Translations under genes and position numbers: made by a program | Source: Tubiluchus corallicola | Lineage: Eukaryota > Animalia > Priapulida | Direction: 5' to 3' | Assembly (NCBI GenBank): GCA_030141605.1 | Contig: JAQGDQ010000077.1 | Location: 124,001-188,000 of the forward strand | Length of the DNA stretch: 64,000 nucleotides | Notes under the pieces: generated by a model | What the model was told of the DNA's origin: nothing | What the model saw: the letters and a program-made list of their open reading frames with translations, nothing else | Databases searched by the model: none | Shown here: positions 12,001-27,000 of the stretch, in pieces | Numbering within the stretch: the first letter of the stretch is position 1 | How the letters are laid out: every line of letters begins with the position of its first letter

Positions 12001-15000
12001 ATATTATTGTTTTCGTCATTGTGCAAGTAGTATCTAATTACAACCGTTGTTCTTTTGTTCTGAACACGCTATTGTTTTTTACATAGGCCCAGAAGCATTT
12101 TCATCCATGTAGAAATTTAGGATTTAGAAACATCCTGTACTTTGATGGAAGTCAGTAATATGTAATATTTGATTTTCTATCTGAGTAAACTATTTTGAAG
12201 CATTTATGAGGTCATAGAAATTTGAAATTCCAGCAAAAGTTTATCAATAACTTGTTTGCAGTGTGTCATTAAATAGTATTAGGAAGCGTTGGTAAACCTG
12301 CTGATAAAAATTAGTTATAAAATTGTATTAAATCCTAAATAAACGAGGATATTTTTCTGGAGAAACATTGATAGTAGTATGTTTATGGAAAAACATCTTC
12401 CATTCCATTGCTATAAATGTGCTTCTAGTATATTGTTATTAATTAGTGTAATTTAACTTACAGTACAACAATATTGAACAAATAGTTGATGAACAATCTC
12501 CTACAAAGTGTCCAATCACCACAAAGCTAGTATTAGAACGTGATCCCGAAACAGGCAAACCGCTGGTTGAAGTGGCAAAAGAGCTGTGCCTGAAACTGAA
12601 ACCTCATCAAGTGGAAGGTGTAAATTTTTAAATTTTATATATTATGTATAAGTTATCCGTTTAAAAGTGACGCCTTATTATCAGATACGTAGTTAGTATC
12701 AGTTATTATCACACACCTAAAGTATAGTATCCTTACAATGAATTCACAGTCATATTACGTATAATTGAATTTATGTTACGTATAAAAACTGTCTTTTTCC
12801 AAAGAAGAGAAATAATGAAATCACAAATTTCTTTGCTTTTATATACCTAACCCAGGTAATTAATAAAACACGATAATTTGAACGTTCGCAATACTGTACC
12901 TGCAGATTCTGCACTCAGCAACTTTTCTTGCGAAGTGTTCGCATAGTCTTATGTAATCAGCAGACAGCCGTCGTTGCAGAAACAAGCGCAATGCATAACA
13001 GATTTATGGTATGGCCATACATATTTCAACTAATTCAACCAATAATTTGCTAGCATAAGTACTGGACTAAAAGTTTTACCGATATTAGTAGCTTTTAAAG
13101 GAAGTATGAAAGCATTAAACTGAGGTTTTAGTCCTTGATTGGTGCTATAAAATTGATAGACATTATCGATATAATCGATAGAAAATTGATAGACTGCCAG
13201 ACAAAAAATGGGGAGCAACAGCAAAAACTTTACTTTAATTCACTGAATGACATTTAGCGAACTTTTGTTTTTGCATGTTGCAGGTGTGCAATTTCTATGG
13301 GATTGTCTGGTTGAGACTTTGGAGCAGCTTAAGAATGGAGAAGAGGGAGGCGGTTGCATTCTAGCCCACTGCATGGGTTTAGGAAAGACTTTGCAGGTCA
13401 GTTACAGCGATGTGTTCTGTGTGGTTGCCAAAGTTTCTTTGTTCAAAGTTAGAGTGTGTTGAACATTTTTGCAAGTTGATTTCAACTGAAACAGTTTTTC
13501 AGAACTTTCTTTACTAATTTTATTGTATTTTAATGTTTGGTTTTCTAAGTATTGTACTGTATTAGTGTGTTTGTCTTCAGACGAACCCACAAGCTAAGTC
13601 CTATTTTTGCACAGCAGCTTTTTACTAATGCACATTTGAAAATTCTATTACTTTCGTGATCAGGAAGGAACGTTCTATACCTGTGATTATTGATAAGGAG
13701 TAACAGTGAAAATGCTTATCTTGAGGTTTTTGTAAATGTAAGGAAAGTTAAGTGCCAGAAACTTCTATTTCAAACCTTTGTGTAGCACTCAAGCTTTTGG
13801 CCAGCATTCAGTTAAATATTTGTGGCCTTTTAAACAAGCTTCGATTTTATTAACTTAGCTATTTGAATTCATTAAATTAAAGCAAGCTTGCATGCTCATC
13901 TTTTTGAAAAGCAGTGGAAATGGTAATTTTTATAAATGATTTTTCCGCACACTAACAGAGCTTGTGATTTATACATTTTTATCACTATGCATTAGTTAAT
14001 TCACATTAACGTGTACTTGCGTTTTTATTTACAATTTAATGCTTTCTCTATTAAAAAAACTCCATTCTATTTTAGTATTTCATTTATCAAGTGAAATGTA
14101 ACAGTTTTATTTTTTTCCAGATAATTGCTCTTGTTCATACTTTGTTGATGGCCAAAAGAACCTCAAAATATTTCCGTACTGTCCTAGTGGTGGCACCGCT
14201 TAACACAGTGCTTAACTGGCAAACGGAGTTCGCTAAATGGCAAGAAGATTTGGATGAAGATGACACATTGGTTGTAAGTTTTGTAGTAGCATATTACGCT
14301 GCAAATGTGAAATTTCTTAAATTTCAATCACATATTTATTCGCTGCACAACAATTTCTAGAGCATAACATTGACAAAATCACTTTTTATACATTTTTATT
14401 GCAAGTTCACACGCACCACTAAACGGCAGCTGATTCTATTGAAGGTGAAATCACTGAACTAATAGACAACTATCTGTATACTAATTAAGTTTGGCTTTGC
14501 TTAACTAAAGGAAAAAATATTTGATGACAAAAATAAAGGAGGCATTGGGGAAACCAGTTATCACAAGAGCTGAAATGTCACCCGAAGCTCCAAGAAGCAT
14601 TGTTCTTAATAAAGTGTTGAAATTTTTACATTAAGTGATTGATGTCCACCAGCGTGTCATGTAAAGTCTGTCTTTGTGATGTGACAGCCCATAATGTTTA
14701 AAAAATAATAATTTTTATAAGTGTATAATTAACCTCAGAAAATTTTTGTATAGCCATTTAAAAAAATGTGCAGTTTAGTGCACAAGGTTACGGTAACTTA
14801 TATTTGAATTGTACTATGGTTTGGCTTAGCTAAATATTTTCCAAGTATATGTAGTACGGATTGAAAATTTATAACGAAAACCTGGTGTTAGTCCAGTCTC
14901 AAGATGGTGTCTTGCTTTGTTATAGTCATTTCAGATTTTGTTTGATAAAAATAATTACAGTGGGTGACACAAGTGCTATAAACAGTCTTATTTAATATGC

Positions 15001-18000
15001 TGTGAAAATATGGCAACATCCCTTGACAAATGGAGAACTAGAGTACTATTAATAATAATAATAACAAAGCGTATTTAATTATTTGAGTGTGATCACTTAT
15101 TAATTTTGCAATAGTGGTCTTCATGAAGATCTTTACATTCATAGGATTTTTTATTACTGGTTCCGTTCGAATTTCCATTGGGATTCTGTTTCAGTCTGTG
15201 TGTTTTGGTTCAGGTTACATAATTATAATTACTAAGATTTATTGCTTTGAAAAGTAATTTTTTCTTACGTAGGTGTCAGAGTTGGTGTCTGTGAAGAATA
15301 ATCATCGTCGAGCTGCAGAGTGTGAGGAATGGTTCGAGCGAGGCGGGGTGTTGATTATGGGATATGACATGTTCCGTAACTTGACTGCGTCTGAGCGTAT
15401 ACGCAATAAAAAGATGAGAAATTCCTTTCAGAAATTTCTAGTCGATCCAGGTATGCTGGCTTCACTTACATTTAAATCAAGTATACATTTTCCATGTTTG
15501 TTTTTGTTAGACTATATGTATAATTTATAATTTGGTTATGTATAATCGAAACATTAGAGCGATTATTGTCGGCTAGAATACCACTGATATTTCAACAGTT
15601 GTTTTCATTGTTTGCTTTATGTCAAAATTTTGTTTTATCAGGGGCTGATATTATTGTGTGTGATGAAGGACATGTGCTTAAAAATGATGCTTCTGCAATT
15701 TCCAAGGCAATGAATTTGGTGAGATCAAAGAGAAGGATAGTTCTCACTGGTACTCCTTTGCAGAACAATTTAACTGAATGTAAGTATTTGCAAAGTATTA
15801 CTGAACTGATTACGTGCAGAATTACATTGGCAGTTAAATAGTAAATAATTAATGTATTTAGGTAATCATCCTTGTGGTTTCATTTAAATAATGCTTTCAT
15901 AATTCTGTTTGCTTTTTTATGTTCACAATCATAATTGCTTGATTTTTTCTGTGTTGTAGCTTATTATTAAGTATTGTGATTTTATCATGTCACAGATCAT
16001 TGCATGACACAGTTTGTCAAGCCCAATTTGCTTGGTACTCGAAAAGAGTTTCAAAACCGATTTGCCAATCCAATAAAAAATGGACAGTGTTCTGACAGCA
16101 CACCATTTGACGTGAAACTCATGAAGAAACGTGCACATATTCTTCATGATCTGCTTTCTGGTTGCGTACAGGTATGTAATTATAATCAGTATCTGTGTGG
16201 AATTGTTATTTTTATCCAAATTTTTAATTTTCATTAACTGAGTTGGTCGTTTATATCACGTAGTTGCTGCATCTCTACAGGGGAAAAAATTGGGCATCTG
16301 AGGGAAAAAATTGTGCGACTAATCAGTTCTTATCTGGAATTTGTCTCATGTTATATTATATTTGGTTTATGCTGCTATCTTGCTTTCTGCATAACACCAC
16401 TAATTTTAAACAGTTATCCTTAACATAAGTAGTTAAAAAGTTAACAGTTAATGTTAGGTATTGAATACCATTCCGATATTTATTGCTACAGATTTCGCTC
16501 TGTTTTGATACGTATTGAGTTATATTGCTGTTTATTAAAGGGTTTATTCAGTATCAGTGTGAATCCTTAAATAATGCGGATAGTAGCATTTCTAAAAATG
16601 ATGGGAAAATTGTAGCACTTTCAGTTTTATCCTCGTCTTTGCTTGTTAAAAAGATTTTTTTTTTGACACAACCTGTACCCTACTGGAGTTGTAACTTTTG
16701 CCGAATTTATTGGCTGCTGTGTTTAATTATTACACACGTTCACCATAATTGAGGACATGCCAGAATATTAAAAAAGAAATTGCGTCATCATGTATATTAT
16801 GTGTAAATTCTAAAAAAACATTATTTTTTCAGAGACGGGATTACGGTGCTTTGACAAAATTTTTGCCACCAAAGATGGAGTTTGTGATTTCTGTTCGTCT
16901 GTCCGACATTCAGATAAAACTTTATGAGGAATACTTGCAACGTGTTGGTCGTAGTGGTGGTTCTGAAATAAAAAACGTTGGAGCTTCTTTATTCCAGGTT
17001 AGTTTAGAGTGAGGTTCATACACTGTGTTTTTTTATGTTGTCAAGCACATTTGATTATAAAAAACTTAGTTGTTGCAAAAATCCATAATTGTGCTATAAA
17101 TATTGCATTGTATCAAAATTAGCCATGTATGTAATACGCCGTCCACACTGTCATTCAAAATTATGTCACTCTTTAGTTTGTCATTGTTGAAGTATTGTGT
17201 TGACGGCTTAGAAATTTTTATAATTAGTTCAGTTCCAAAGTTTTTTGAACTGGGGTGTGAGCATTTCCATCAAGTTTGAAATTGTTTGCTGCTTCAAAAT
17301 AGAAAGTGTAGAAAAATGTTTTTCTTTTACTTTTTTCCAATAAATATTTTTTCTTTTATAGTTTATTGTTTTACTAGAAAAGGCAATGAGCCATTGAATT
17401 CACATTTAATTGTAATTATAATGTCAGGGTGTTGCCATTTAGAAGTACTGTTAGGCAAGAGACTGGCACAAAAGAAAGAGGAGTATTGTACACTTGAGTG
17501 GGAAATATATCTGGTTTGTAGACATGTGGGCAGTATCTTTAAATTCTTGCCTTTGGAATAGATAGTCCAAAACAATGCTTGTTGGAGTACTTGAATGGAA
17601 AATAGCCTAATACAGGAATCACAGTTAAATGTGAGCTTAGAGGCTGTTTCCGTTTTTTAGATGTGTGTACCATTCTTAAAGGAAAATGGAAGCACTTTAT
17701 AAAGCAAGGTTTAAATTAACGTTCTTACAGAGAAAGTGAACGGCACATGCATTTTCATTGAGTTTAAAACTTCTTTAAGTTGTAAGCAGCTACTGAGCTT
17801 TCAAATTGCTCACAGTATGAGAGACTGTGCTTCACATCTTGATTTTGAAGTGCGTGCCACCAATCATGATGTCGTCTGCGTGAATCACCAGGAATGTGGC
17901 GTAGGATGTGGGTTTTAGTTTGCAACATTTATGTCAGTTATCAGCAAGCGAAAATTCTATCTTTATACCTGCACTGTACATGTTGTAGGACAAGTGTTAA

Positions 18001-21000
18001 TCTCATGAGCAGTGTATTGAAGCCCTTACTTTTTTGTACGTATGAGTTGTGTAAGGCTATGCTTCCATACATGCTATGCTTCCATATTTGGTAGCATGTA
18101 ACACTCATACAACTGAACATAACTAAGAAACAAAATCTCTATTGAATGGAATGAAATCTCATTTTACGAAGTTTAAACTAGTTTGTTTGAACAGATGTTT
18201 TATGGCTACAGTCATTTTATATCCAACAAGTTTCCAAGGATATAATGTGTAATACTGCACAGCTTGTAATAGCTATTCAAAGCAGAATCGAATCTGCTTT
18301 ATAAGACTCATAATTCTGATTTGAAGCTATAAATCAGCACCATAAATTCCAGTAAATATAAGCCTACAATGCACAGAGCAACATGGTGATGTGACCATTA
18401 GTGATGAAATACAATTCCTGAAGGGATTATGCTGCTTACAAACCTCACGCAATTTTCTTCACTATCAGTCTCAAATTTTGCATGGCAAAAAAACTTCAAA
18501 TACGGACATTCCAGTTCTCCCGATTTAGGCTAGAACTTACAGAATTTTCTCTCTCAGACCCATAGCTGACTCTCCGTATTTTGGACATCTATAAGTTGGA
18601 ATGCTTGCGGTTCGGCCCTACCTTTGTAGCTGTCACATCTCATCTAAGTTGTACCGCCACAACTATTCTAAAAAAACCTAGTAGTTGAAAGTTTGACGTA
18701 AAGCCAAAACAAAAATATATTAAATGGAAACACTTATTATAATATGTCTGAAAATACAATAGCTGCTATTTATTTTGCAATGCACTTGCTAAGCTGGCTG
18801 TGGGTGTTTAATGCCAATGAAACTTAAGGTCGCGCAAATCAGGCTGCTTTTGCAGCAAAAATCAACAAATTTAACTGCTTCTTCTGGTAAAACAAAGCTT
18901 TAGACTATGTCAAGTGGTGAGTTATTTTAAATTATGCTGCATAAAAATTAATCTAAAACTTACTTTACTGAGTGCTTCATTTCCCCTTTGATGATGTTAT
19001 AGACATTTTCTCTAGCATGTATAGAAAACCAGAAAACTAATTTTGTACTAGGATTATCATCATTTGATGTGCATCTGGAGTCATCCATGGATGATGAAAT
19101 TAAAGCAACGACGGGATGAGAAAAGAGTGAGTGTTTCACTAAGTTGTAATTTATATCCTGTTACTATACAAAATTTCTTACATGCTTGACAACATAATCA
19201 TTTTAATTAATTAAAAAATAGAAATTGATTTTGTCCTAAGAGCCTTAAGCAGTCTTGTGCAGTCGAAAATAACACTGTCGAGCAAAATAATCTTAATCCT
19301 AAATCTGCAAATGGTGGCAAAACATATATTAAAGAAATATTAAAGCATTAAAATTTACAGACATACATAAAGAAGATGTTTAAATTACAAACAAATGAAC
19401 AAATCATAATTGGCCAAAAATATTGTGTATATGCCAGTAACTGTATCTGTAACATGTGTGGTTTAGATAAATATGGTCTTATCGTTTGAGTTGAGTTAAT
19501 TTTTTTGGAAATTAGCCGGTTTGTCCAAAATTAATGTAATTCAATCTAAGTATTTCGATAAGAGAAGCATGTAATCCTGTGGTAGAGTCTTTTATGTTTA
19601 CTTGTCAAAAACATTTCATGCAAATTACATTCACTTAAATAGATAATCGGCTTATTTCAAATGTCCATGCAACTGGCATTTAAATGTACAAGTTTGTCTA
19701 TCAGGTATTTTTGCGAATTTTAGTTTGACGTACCAGTGTTTGGAATTTCTACTTTTTTCTCACCTACCTTTAAATCTTCTTTTGCAACATCTACTTGTAT
19801 TATTTTCTACTTTCTTCTGCATGTATCTATATATAATTTGTGAGACATCTGCTTTATCTACTTTGGTAAAGGAAACTAAAATGTTCTTTGTAATTCATAT
19901 ATAGCCAGTTTCGAGGTCATGTTAATCATATCAGGTAAAGTAGTCTACCGATTATTATGGTTCAGATGGCTGCTTCTTTCCATGAACAATTACAACCTGT
20001 TGTTAGATAATTGTTCTTAAAAATATTTACATTATTTGCAAATATCAATTATTAAAGAGTTGCTGGTTTTTATGTCCTGTGTGTATCTGCCTTGTAATCT
20101 GATTGGCTGCTAGATGGTGCTATATGTTTCCGTTAGCTGTATGTCATGACGTTCACAGTCAACAACGCTGTCAGTAGAAAATATTCATAATTTTATTTAT
20201 TATCAACTATTTAATGCACTGTTATAAGTTTTTGTTACTGTTGCTTTTCGTGTATTGTCATTAGTTTGTTTCGTTCCTGTATTATTGAAAATGCATGTTG
20301 AATAACGTGTACCTGCAGTTAATACTAGAATGCTTTCCCAAGGCTTTTCTTAGGATAAATACTTCACTTGTATTCATGATTACTGCTATTGCTCTACAGG
20401 CTCTTGCTAAGCTAGATGATGCAGACTCCGACAGCATGGCGAGTTTCATTGATGACGAGGCATACGACTCAGAGAAATCTACCTCTTCGGACGAAGATGA
20501 TGTTGTGCCTCTGGATGACGACAGTGACGGCGGTAACAAAGGCAGGCAGACATGTTCCACACGTAAATCGGCAGGCACAGCAAAGTCCAGCAAAAGTGGC
20601 GCTAGTTCTGTTTCTAACTCGCGGTGCGCATTTTCAGTTGGTTGTCACTGTCATCCTTGTGCTTTAACGTTGAGCTGTGTAATGTTCATTGTTTCCTTGG
20701 ATTTATAATTATGCAAGTATAGTAATTAGGTATACTACTGAGTGCAAAGGAAATGCTAGTAGTAATTAGCTAAATAATTATACAACATTCTTCCTACTTA
20801 CTCAAATCTGTTTTTGTGTTTATTGTTTTTCATACTGGTATAATGTCATTTTAGATATCATTTTCATAACCATTGATTAAAAAAACAATTGTTACTAAGC
20901 AATTTATGCACATAAAATTTTATTTTTGATAAACAGACTTACCAGTATTTTATCTCTAACAAACTACTAATTATTCACTCTGGTCAGCAGGCTCAAGATA

Positions 21001-24000
21001 AATTAGTTGCATAACTACTTTTTCAATTCAGCTAGGGCTGCTGAGGATACCAGAAACCAAAGCCAAAGACAAATGTCAGCTTCAGAAGCATAGCTCAGCT
21101 TAAGTGAATGACTTTTAATTTTTAACATTATTGAGTGTTGGTTATAAGTTTTTCAAAGTAATGTAAATTAACACTATCAAACAGTATTATTGTTTTGTTT
21201 ATAGACCGCCATCTCGACGAGGTCGAAATAACAGTAGTGACGATGATGATGACAACAGTGGCGAAAAAAAGAAAGGACATCGTTCTGACAGTAGTATCGA
21301 GGTTGTGAAGACATACCAGACGCGTAGTCGCCGCGCAGGTATTTACGTTTTTCACATGCATCTTGATTTGAATGAATGTCATTGGGAAATAAGGGGTCAG
21401 TATGTGTTTCTTTTAATCATTGATGAATAATTTCTTCGTTGATAAAAAACTACTTTCTGAAATTCACATACATGTTTATTCATACATCTTGCTTGGGTAA
21501 GAATATCATTTGCTGTAACAGATTTCTAGTCCTTGATTTAACCTAGTTACAGAATTGAACCTTCCACTTCCCAAACAGTTATACTGACTTTTCAAAAAAA
21601 TTTCAGAACATTACCTACAAGCTTAACATCTTCGTTCCTCACTTTTGACATAATGTCAAAATAAAATGAAAAGGCACATAAAGTTATTCAAATTCTAAAA
21701 AATGATTTTCGTAAAATTGATTTTTGTGATCTAAACCTGAATTATTTAACAGATAAGTCTGATCCTGGCGCAGGATCTAGCAAGGATCCTGTAATTCCCA
21801 TGGATACTGATTTACCACCAGAGCGTGAAAAAGAGTGGTGGGAAAAACATGTCAATGAAGATGATGAATTTAAACTTGAAGCCAGTGGCAAATTGACACT
21901 GCTAATGGAAATACTACAACAGTGTGAGGCGATTGGTGATAAAGTGTGAGTATACATTTGTTACATTATTTAGAAGTTATCTTAGGTAATTACTTTTTAT
22001 AGAGTGTTAATTACAGCACATTCTAGTTTATCTTGGTAGTTTGTGTATTTCACTTTACATAAGCCTGGTGATTGTTAATGTAGAAACATAAATTTGTTAA
22101 CAAAATTTGCAGACTTCTCAGGAGACCTTTACACGAAAAAAGATCTAGAATGTTGTTCTTGTCAATGGGAAGATTCTTGAATGAGTACTTGCTGTAATTT
22201 TTCTGCTATTTGTTGGCTAAAATAATTTTTTTTCGTATTCCAGTTTGCTATTTAGTCATAGTTTGCTTTCTTTGGATCTCATTGAGACTTTTCTGGCGCG
22301 CATGGATGAACAGAGCCGTGTCGATGCCGAAAACATGGCAAAGACAAATGCTGAGGAGACAGACAAGGAAACAACTTTGGCTGTAAACAAAACACAAGAA
22401 GGCGAGAAGGATGTCAAAACTGACGCTGATAAAGTGAACGGTGAACCGCTAGTTTCAGAGGGTGGTACAGAGGAAAAAGTAAACAGCGAACATCAGATTA
22501 ACTCTGTTGAAGATCTGCGTCCGCCAGGGTTTGACCCGCAACATGCACAAGATTACATAGGAACCTGGATTCACGGTCTGGATTACTTTAGGATGGACGG
22601 CTCGACTTCAGCAGAATTGCGTTCGCGTTGGAAGGCTTCATTCAATGACGAGGAAAATATTAGGTTAATATTTAAAACGAGTTTATTTCTTAATCAATTG
22701 CTTTTTAATTGTTTGTTGGCATCTATTTGGTTTAGCTAGCCTGCATGTTTTGCTTAGTGTATTTATAAAACACTTTTTATCTTATAAATAGCTAAATGCT
22801 AATAATGTACATTGTATGTCACTTTCATGTTTAAATTGGTACACTATGCAAGTTTCTGAAAATTTTATGATTGATAAGCTTTTTGTTTATTTACTGGTAA
22901 TATGAACGCAATAGATTAAAAAACTGCATTTCCATCTTCTGGTTATTTTACATAGAAATAATTTAATTTATGTGTTTGATGTGGTTATTTTCAGAGCTCG
23001 TCTATTTCTCATTTCAACTCGAGCCGGTTCTCTCGGTGTTAATCTAGTCGGTGCTAACAGAGTGATCATATTTGACGCATCGTGGAATCCAACCCATGAC
23101 ATTCAAGCTATTTTTCGCTGTTATCGCTTTGGACAGAACAAACCGGTATATATATACCGCTTTCTTGGCCAGGGCACCATGGAGGAAAAGATTTATGATC
23201 GACAGATCTCTAAGCAAACGTTAGCAGGACGTGTTCTCGATGAAAAGCAGTTCGATAGACATTTTTCCATGAATGACTTGCAGGAATTGTATACGTTTTT
23301 GCCGGACAGGGATAACCCTGATGCTGCGACGAAAAGACCGACCCCACTAGTGCCAAAGGTATGTCTATTAATATAATTCGTAAGATACTTTAAAACAATG
23401 GTTGTTGTTTGAGCCTTGAATTGAAACAAAATTAAAAGTTTTTATTAGTTGCACTCCTTTTTGTTATTTTACTTTCTAGTATTTGTGTTACCTATATGCA
23501 AGTCAGTTACGTGTATAGTGTGAACACTAATTCTGTACTTATTTGCCAAAAAAACTTTTGTCCTAATGCACGACATACATTTTATCAGTGTGTACCTTTA
23601 AAAACAGTCTATTGCTCAACTTATGTTTGCATTTGAATTATACCTAAACTTGTACTTTTATGATGTTCTAGTATTTAAAATGTTCTGTGATTAAAACTGG
23701 TTTTCTTTGTATAGAACTTTGTTTGATTTGAATTAAGTAATTATATTATTTTGTATCATAGTCATGACATGTTCTAAGGTGTTTAGTAAATGATTTGCGC
23801 AAAAAACTTTTGTTTGGTAGTTGAAGTGAGGAGCTATTATGAAACTTCGTTTGAACAAGACTGATCCTAAACCTGCTTGTCAACAATGGAAAGTTTACAT
23901 GGTTATCTGGATTCTACAGACGTGCTTAAAATCTATTTCTTTGACACTTTATGTTATGTCTAAAAGTGTATTCATAAAGATAACATCAGAACTGATGCTA

Positions 24001-27000
24001 CCAATTATCTTAGCAGTCTCTGGAGTCAAATTACTCATTTTCAATTACCTAAATATGCAGAGGAGAAAAGTACGCATGCTAGGTAAACAAATCCAATGTA
24101 CTTTAATTTAGGTGAATACAAAATCTCATTAATTAACAATGTCACTTTTTATCTAGGACACACTGCTTGCTGAATTGCTTCAAATGCATAAAAAGTGGAT
24201 TGTAACCTATCACGAGCATGACTCCCTCCTGGAGAACAGACCTGATGAGGATCTGACAGAAGAGGAAAGGAAAGCCGCCTGGGAGGAGTATGAAAATGAA
24301 AAGAAGGGCATTTACAACAGAGGTTACTTATCTAAATTTATTTTTGTCTGGAGTGTATATTCTGGTTACTCTGCCCCTTAGCTGCTTGAATAGTAGAAGG
24401 CAAACCTTGAAGCTTGTAAATAAATTTTAGAGTTTAAAACACGAAAAACTCTTAATAAATGAAGTTTAAAAAAATTGTCTTGAAACTTTGTATCATTTAC
24501 ATTGCTGTTTTATTGCATATAGAGCTTGCATTAGCAGTAATGCTATGTAAAACTTGTAAATTGGAATTCCAGTGATACCTGTTTGACACAGTCATTTTAA
24601 CAGTAAGTCGTTTGAAACATGTTTAGATAGCATTGCGTAAAGTTTGAAGTAATAATCAGAGCATTTGTTGCACACTCTTCACTAACTAAGCAAAACTATA
24701 AATTTGTGCATTCAATAATATCAATTGAGTATTTTTTGGTGAGCCAGTGATGTTTTACCAGTTAGCGCAACCATTTTAAATTATTAAGAATTTTCGTTTT
24801 CGGTTTCATAAGTCTTTCAAACTGGTAAGCATAATGCTAAGTAATATAACTTTTACAGAAAGTTTTTTTGGGTTATTCTTTGAAAATCCCTTTTCTTGCC
24901 TTTTAAGAATTATGTTTATTACTTCTTTAATTCTGTATATGACATTCTTTTTGTTTGTTTGAATTTAATTTTTAACTGTAGGTTACTAACCCAAGCTAAA
25001 TAAAGCATAAGAAATTATTTTTTTATTATGCATTGACGGCAAGTTATCTTCATTCACTCTGTAGTTGCCTTCGTCATACTAATTCTGGTTGTATATCTCG
25101 TAAAGAGGAGGATGTACGAACATGACTAAGATACCTCTACCAGTGGCTCATTTTAGAGTCATATTATTGATAATGACATAGGTCTCCCACCCATCCAAAT
25201 TGACTAAACTCTGCCACTGAATGCCAGATTGTAGTTTGCAGAATTACATAAAAACAGAAACACTGGCAACCTATAATACTTTTTTATTTCTGACTAGATT
25301 GTTGTGATCATTAATTTTGTATTTATGTGCGTTTCTAGCTGGAATGTTCATGCAGGCTAACACATGGCAAGATATGATCAACCAAGGATCGAATCTATAT
25401 AGCCATGGGCAAGCTTACCGAGACCTCAGTGCCCCTCTCAACATTGACCTGATACGACAGCAGATTTTGGATCGGGTAATTGTCAATGCTTTTAAATACA
25501 ATTATATTCTCAACGCCCAAGAATCACGTTTGTGAAAATAGACAGTAATCTGTGATCACTAGATCACTAGACTAATTGGGCTTATGTGTGCTTTTGCCAA
25601 GTTTTTGAATATTTGCATGTCAACCTGATATTAAAAATAAAAATATTGCATAAACTGAATATCTGCATTTCCACTGTGTGTGTTGAGACCTATGCATTCC
25701 TGTGTCAATTTTTGTTTTCTTTAAAATTTCAAACAAGTATTTTTATTTATGATTTTGTAAAGATAAAATTTTATCAGCATTACTGTTTTTGGAAAACCCT
25801 TCCTCTTATTACCTGAAGTATTTGCGACTAGTTAGACAAATATGTCTTATTTTTACTAGAGAGTGCTACCTGAAGTTTATATGTCAGTGAGTAATGATTA
25901 ATTTGCATATTTAGGTCAACATATTCACATAATTATTTAGGCAGTGCAATTTTTGGTATTGAAATAGATTTTCACTGTCATGCAAGGTTATTTCAAGGTT
26001 AAAATGTGAATTGTGGATATGTGATACAGTTATTTGCATTGCTAAGTTTTTATTGGTCTCGTTAATTAAATTTTATAAAAAGTACTGATTAAATCTGGAT
26101 TTTTGTGAGATTTGAACATGCAGCCATTTTGTGACTCTGACTCTGGTTGTAAAGCTAATAGTTATTGGTGTATCTTACATTACAGCATCCACATGGCATC
26201 AATGCAGCAGAGCTGGAGACACAAGTTCAGGTGCAGGTACGTCTAGAACAACAGTATCGTCTAGAAGAACGTGCTCGTCGTCAGCAGCTCTTCCAAGCTC
26301 AGCAAGAGCAAATGCGCAGACTTCGAGAAGCTCAGGATCGTATACGTATTGAGCAGCAAATACGCAAACAGCAGCAACAGGTAAAATGCCCATAGCTTCT
26401 GTTACTACTGTCATAATTAAAATTCATATGTACACCTTTTGTTTATAGTTACTCATTTTGAAAAACTGATTTTGAATTACAGCCAACTTTTTTAGGCCTG
26501 ATTACTTCCTTTTCTAAATGTTGGCATAGAAGTTTACAGGAGTTATAGCAGTATGAAGCAACATTTCATTCATACATTTTAACATTTCCCCTGTAGCTCT
26601 TCCAATCTCTACATCTAATAAAATTTGGCAAGCATTGATACACTGTCAACCTACCGAGCATTTTCAGTTTTTACTGTTATCGTCGTTACTTGTCGGTTTG
26701 TATCACTTTGCTATAAAGTTTTTGTTTTTTTGTTTGTTAGCAAGATTTAAGAAATTACTGAAAATATTCTTTTTTCTTGCTTAGGCACAGAGTCAAACAA
26801 TGGCACAACAGTTGTACAACATTCTGCGTACATCCACAGCTTCTAGACCAGACGGCCCTGCAGCACACTTAAATGCCCATGGCCACTATAGACCTCCAGG
26901 GGCACCATCACATAGTATGCCTTTTTTTGAAGTGTATAGTCATAACAGTTATGAGTCATAATAACAATGCATTCCATTACTGTGTTTAGATGCTAAACCG

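Noticed and set aside
21030-21105. Possible extra ATRX exon after TTTTCAATTCAG
   Set aside because: Stop codons in the required phase and no good donor.
25141-25219. CAGTGGC...GCCACTG mini inverted repeat as a MITE
   Set aside because: Only 7-bp termini and no TSD; at most a degraded remnant.
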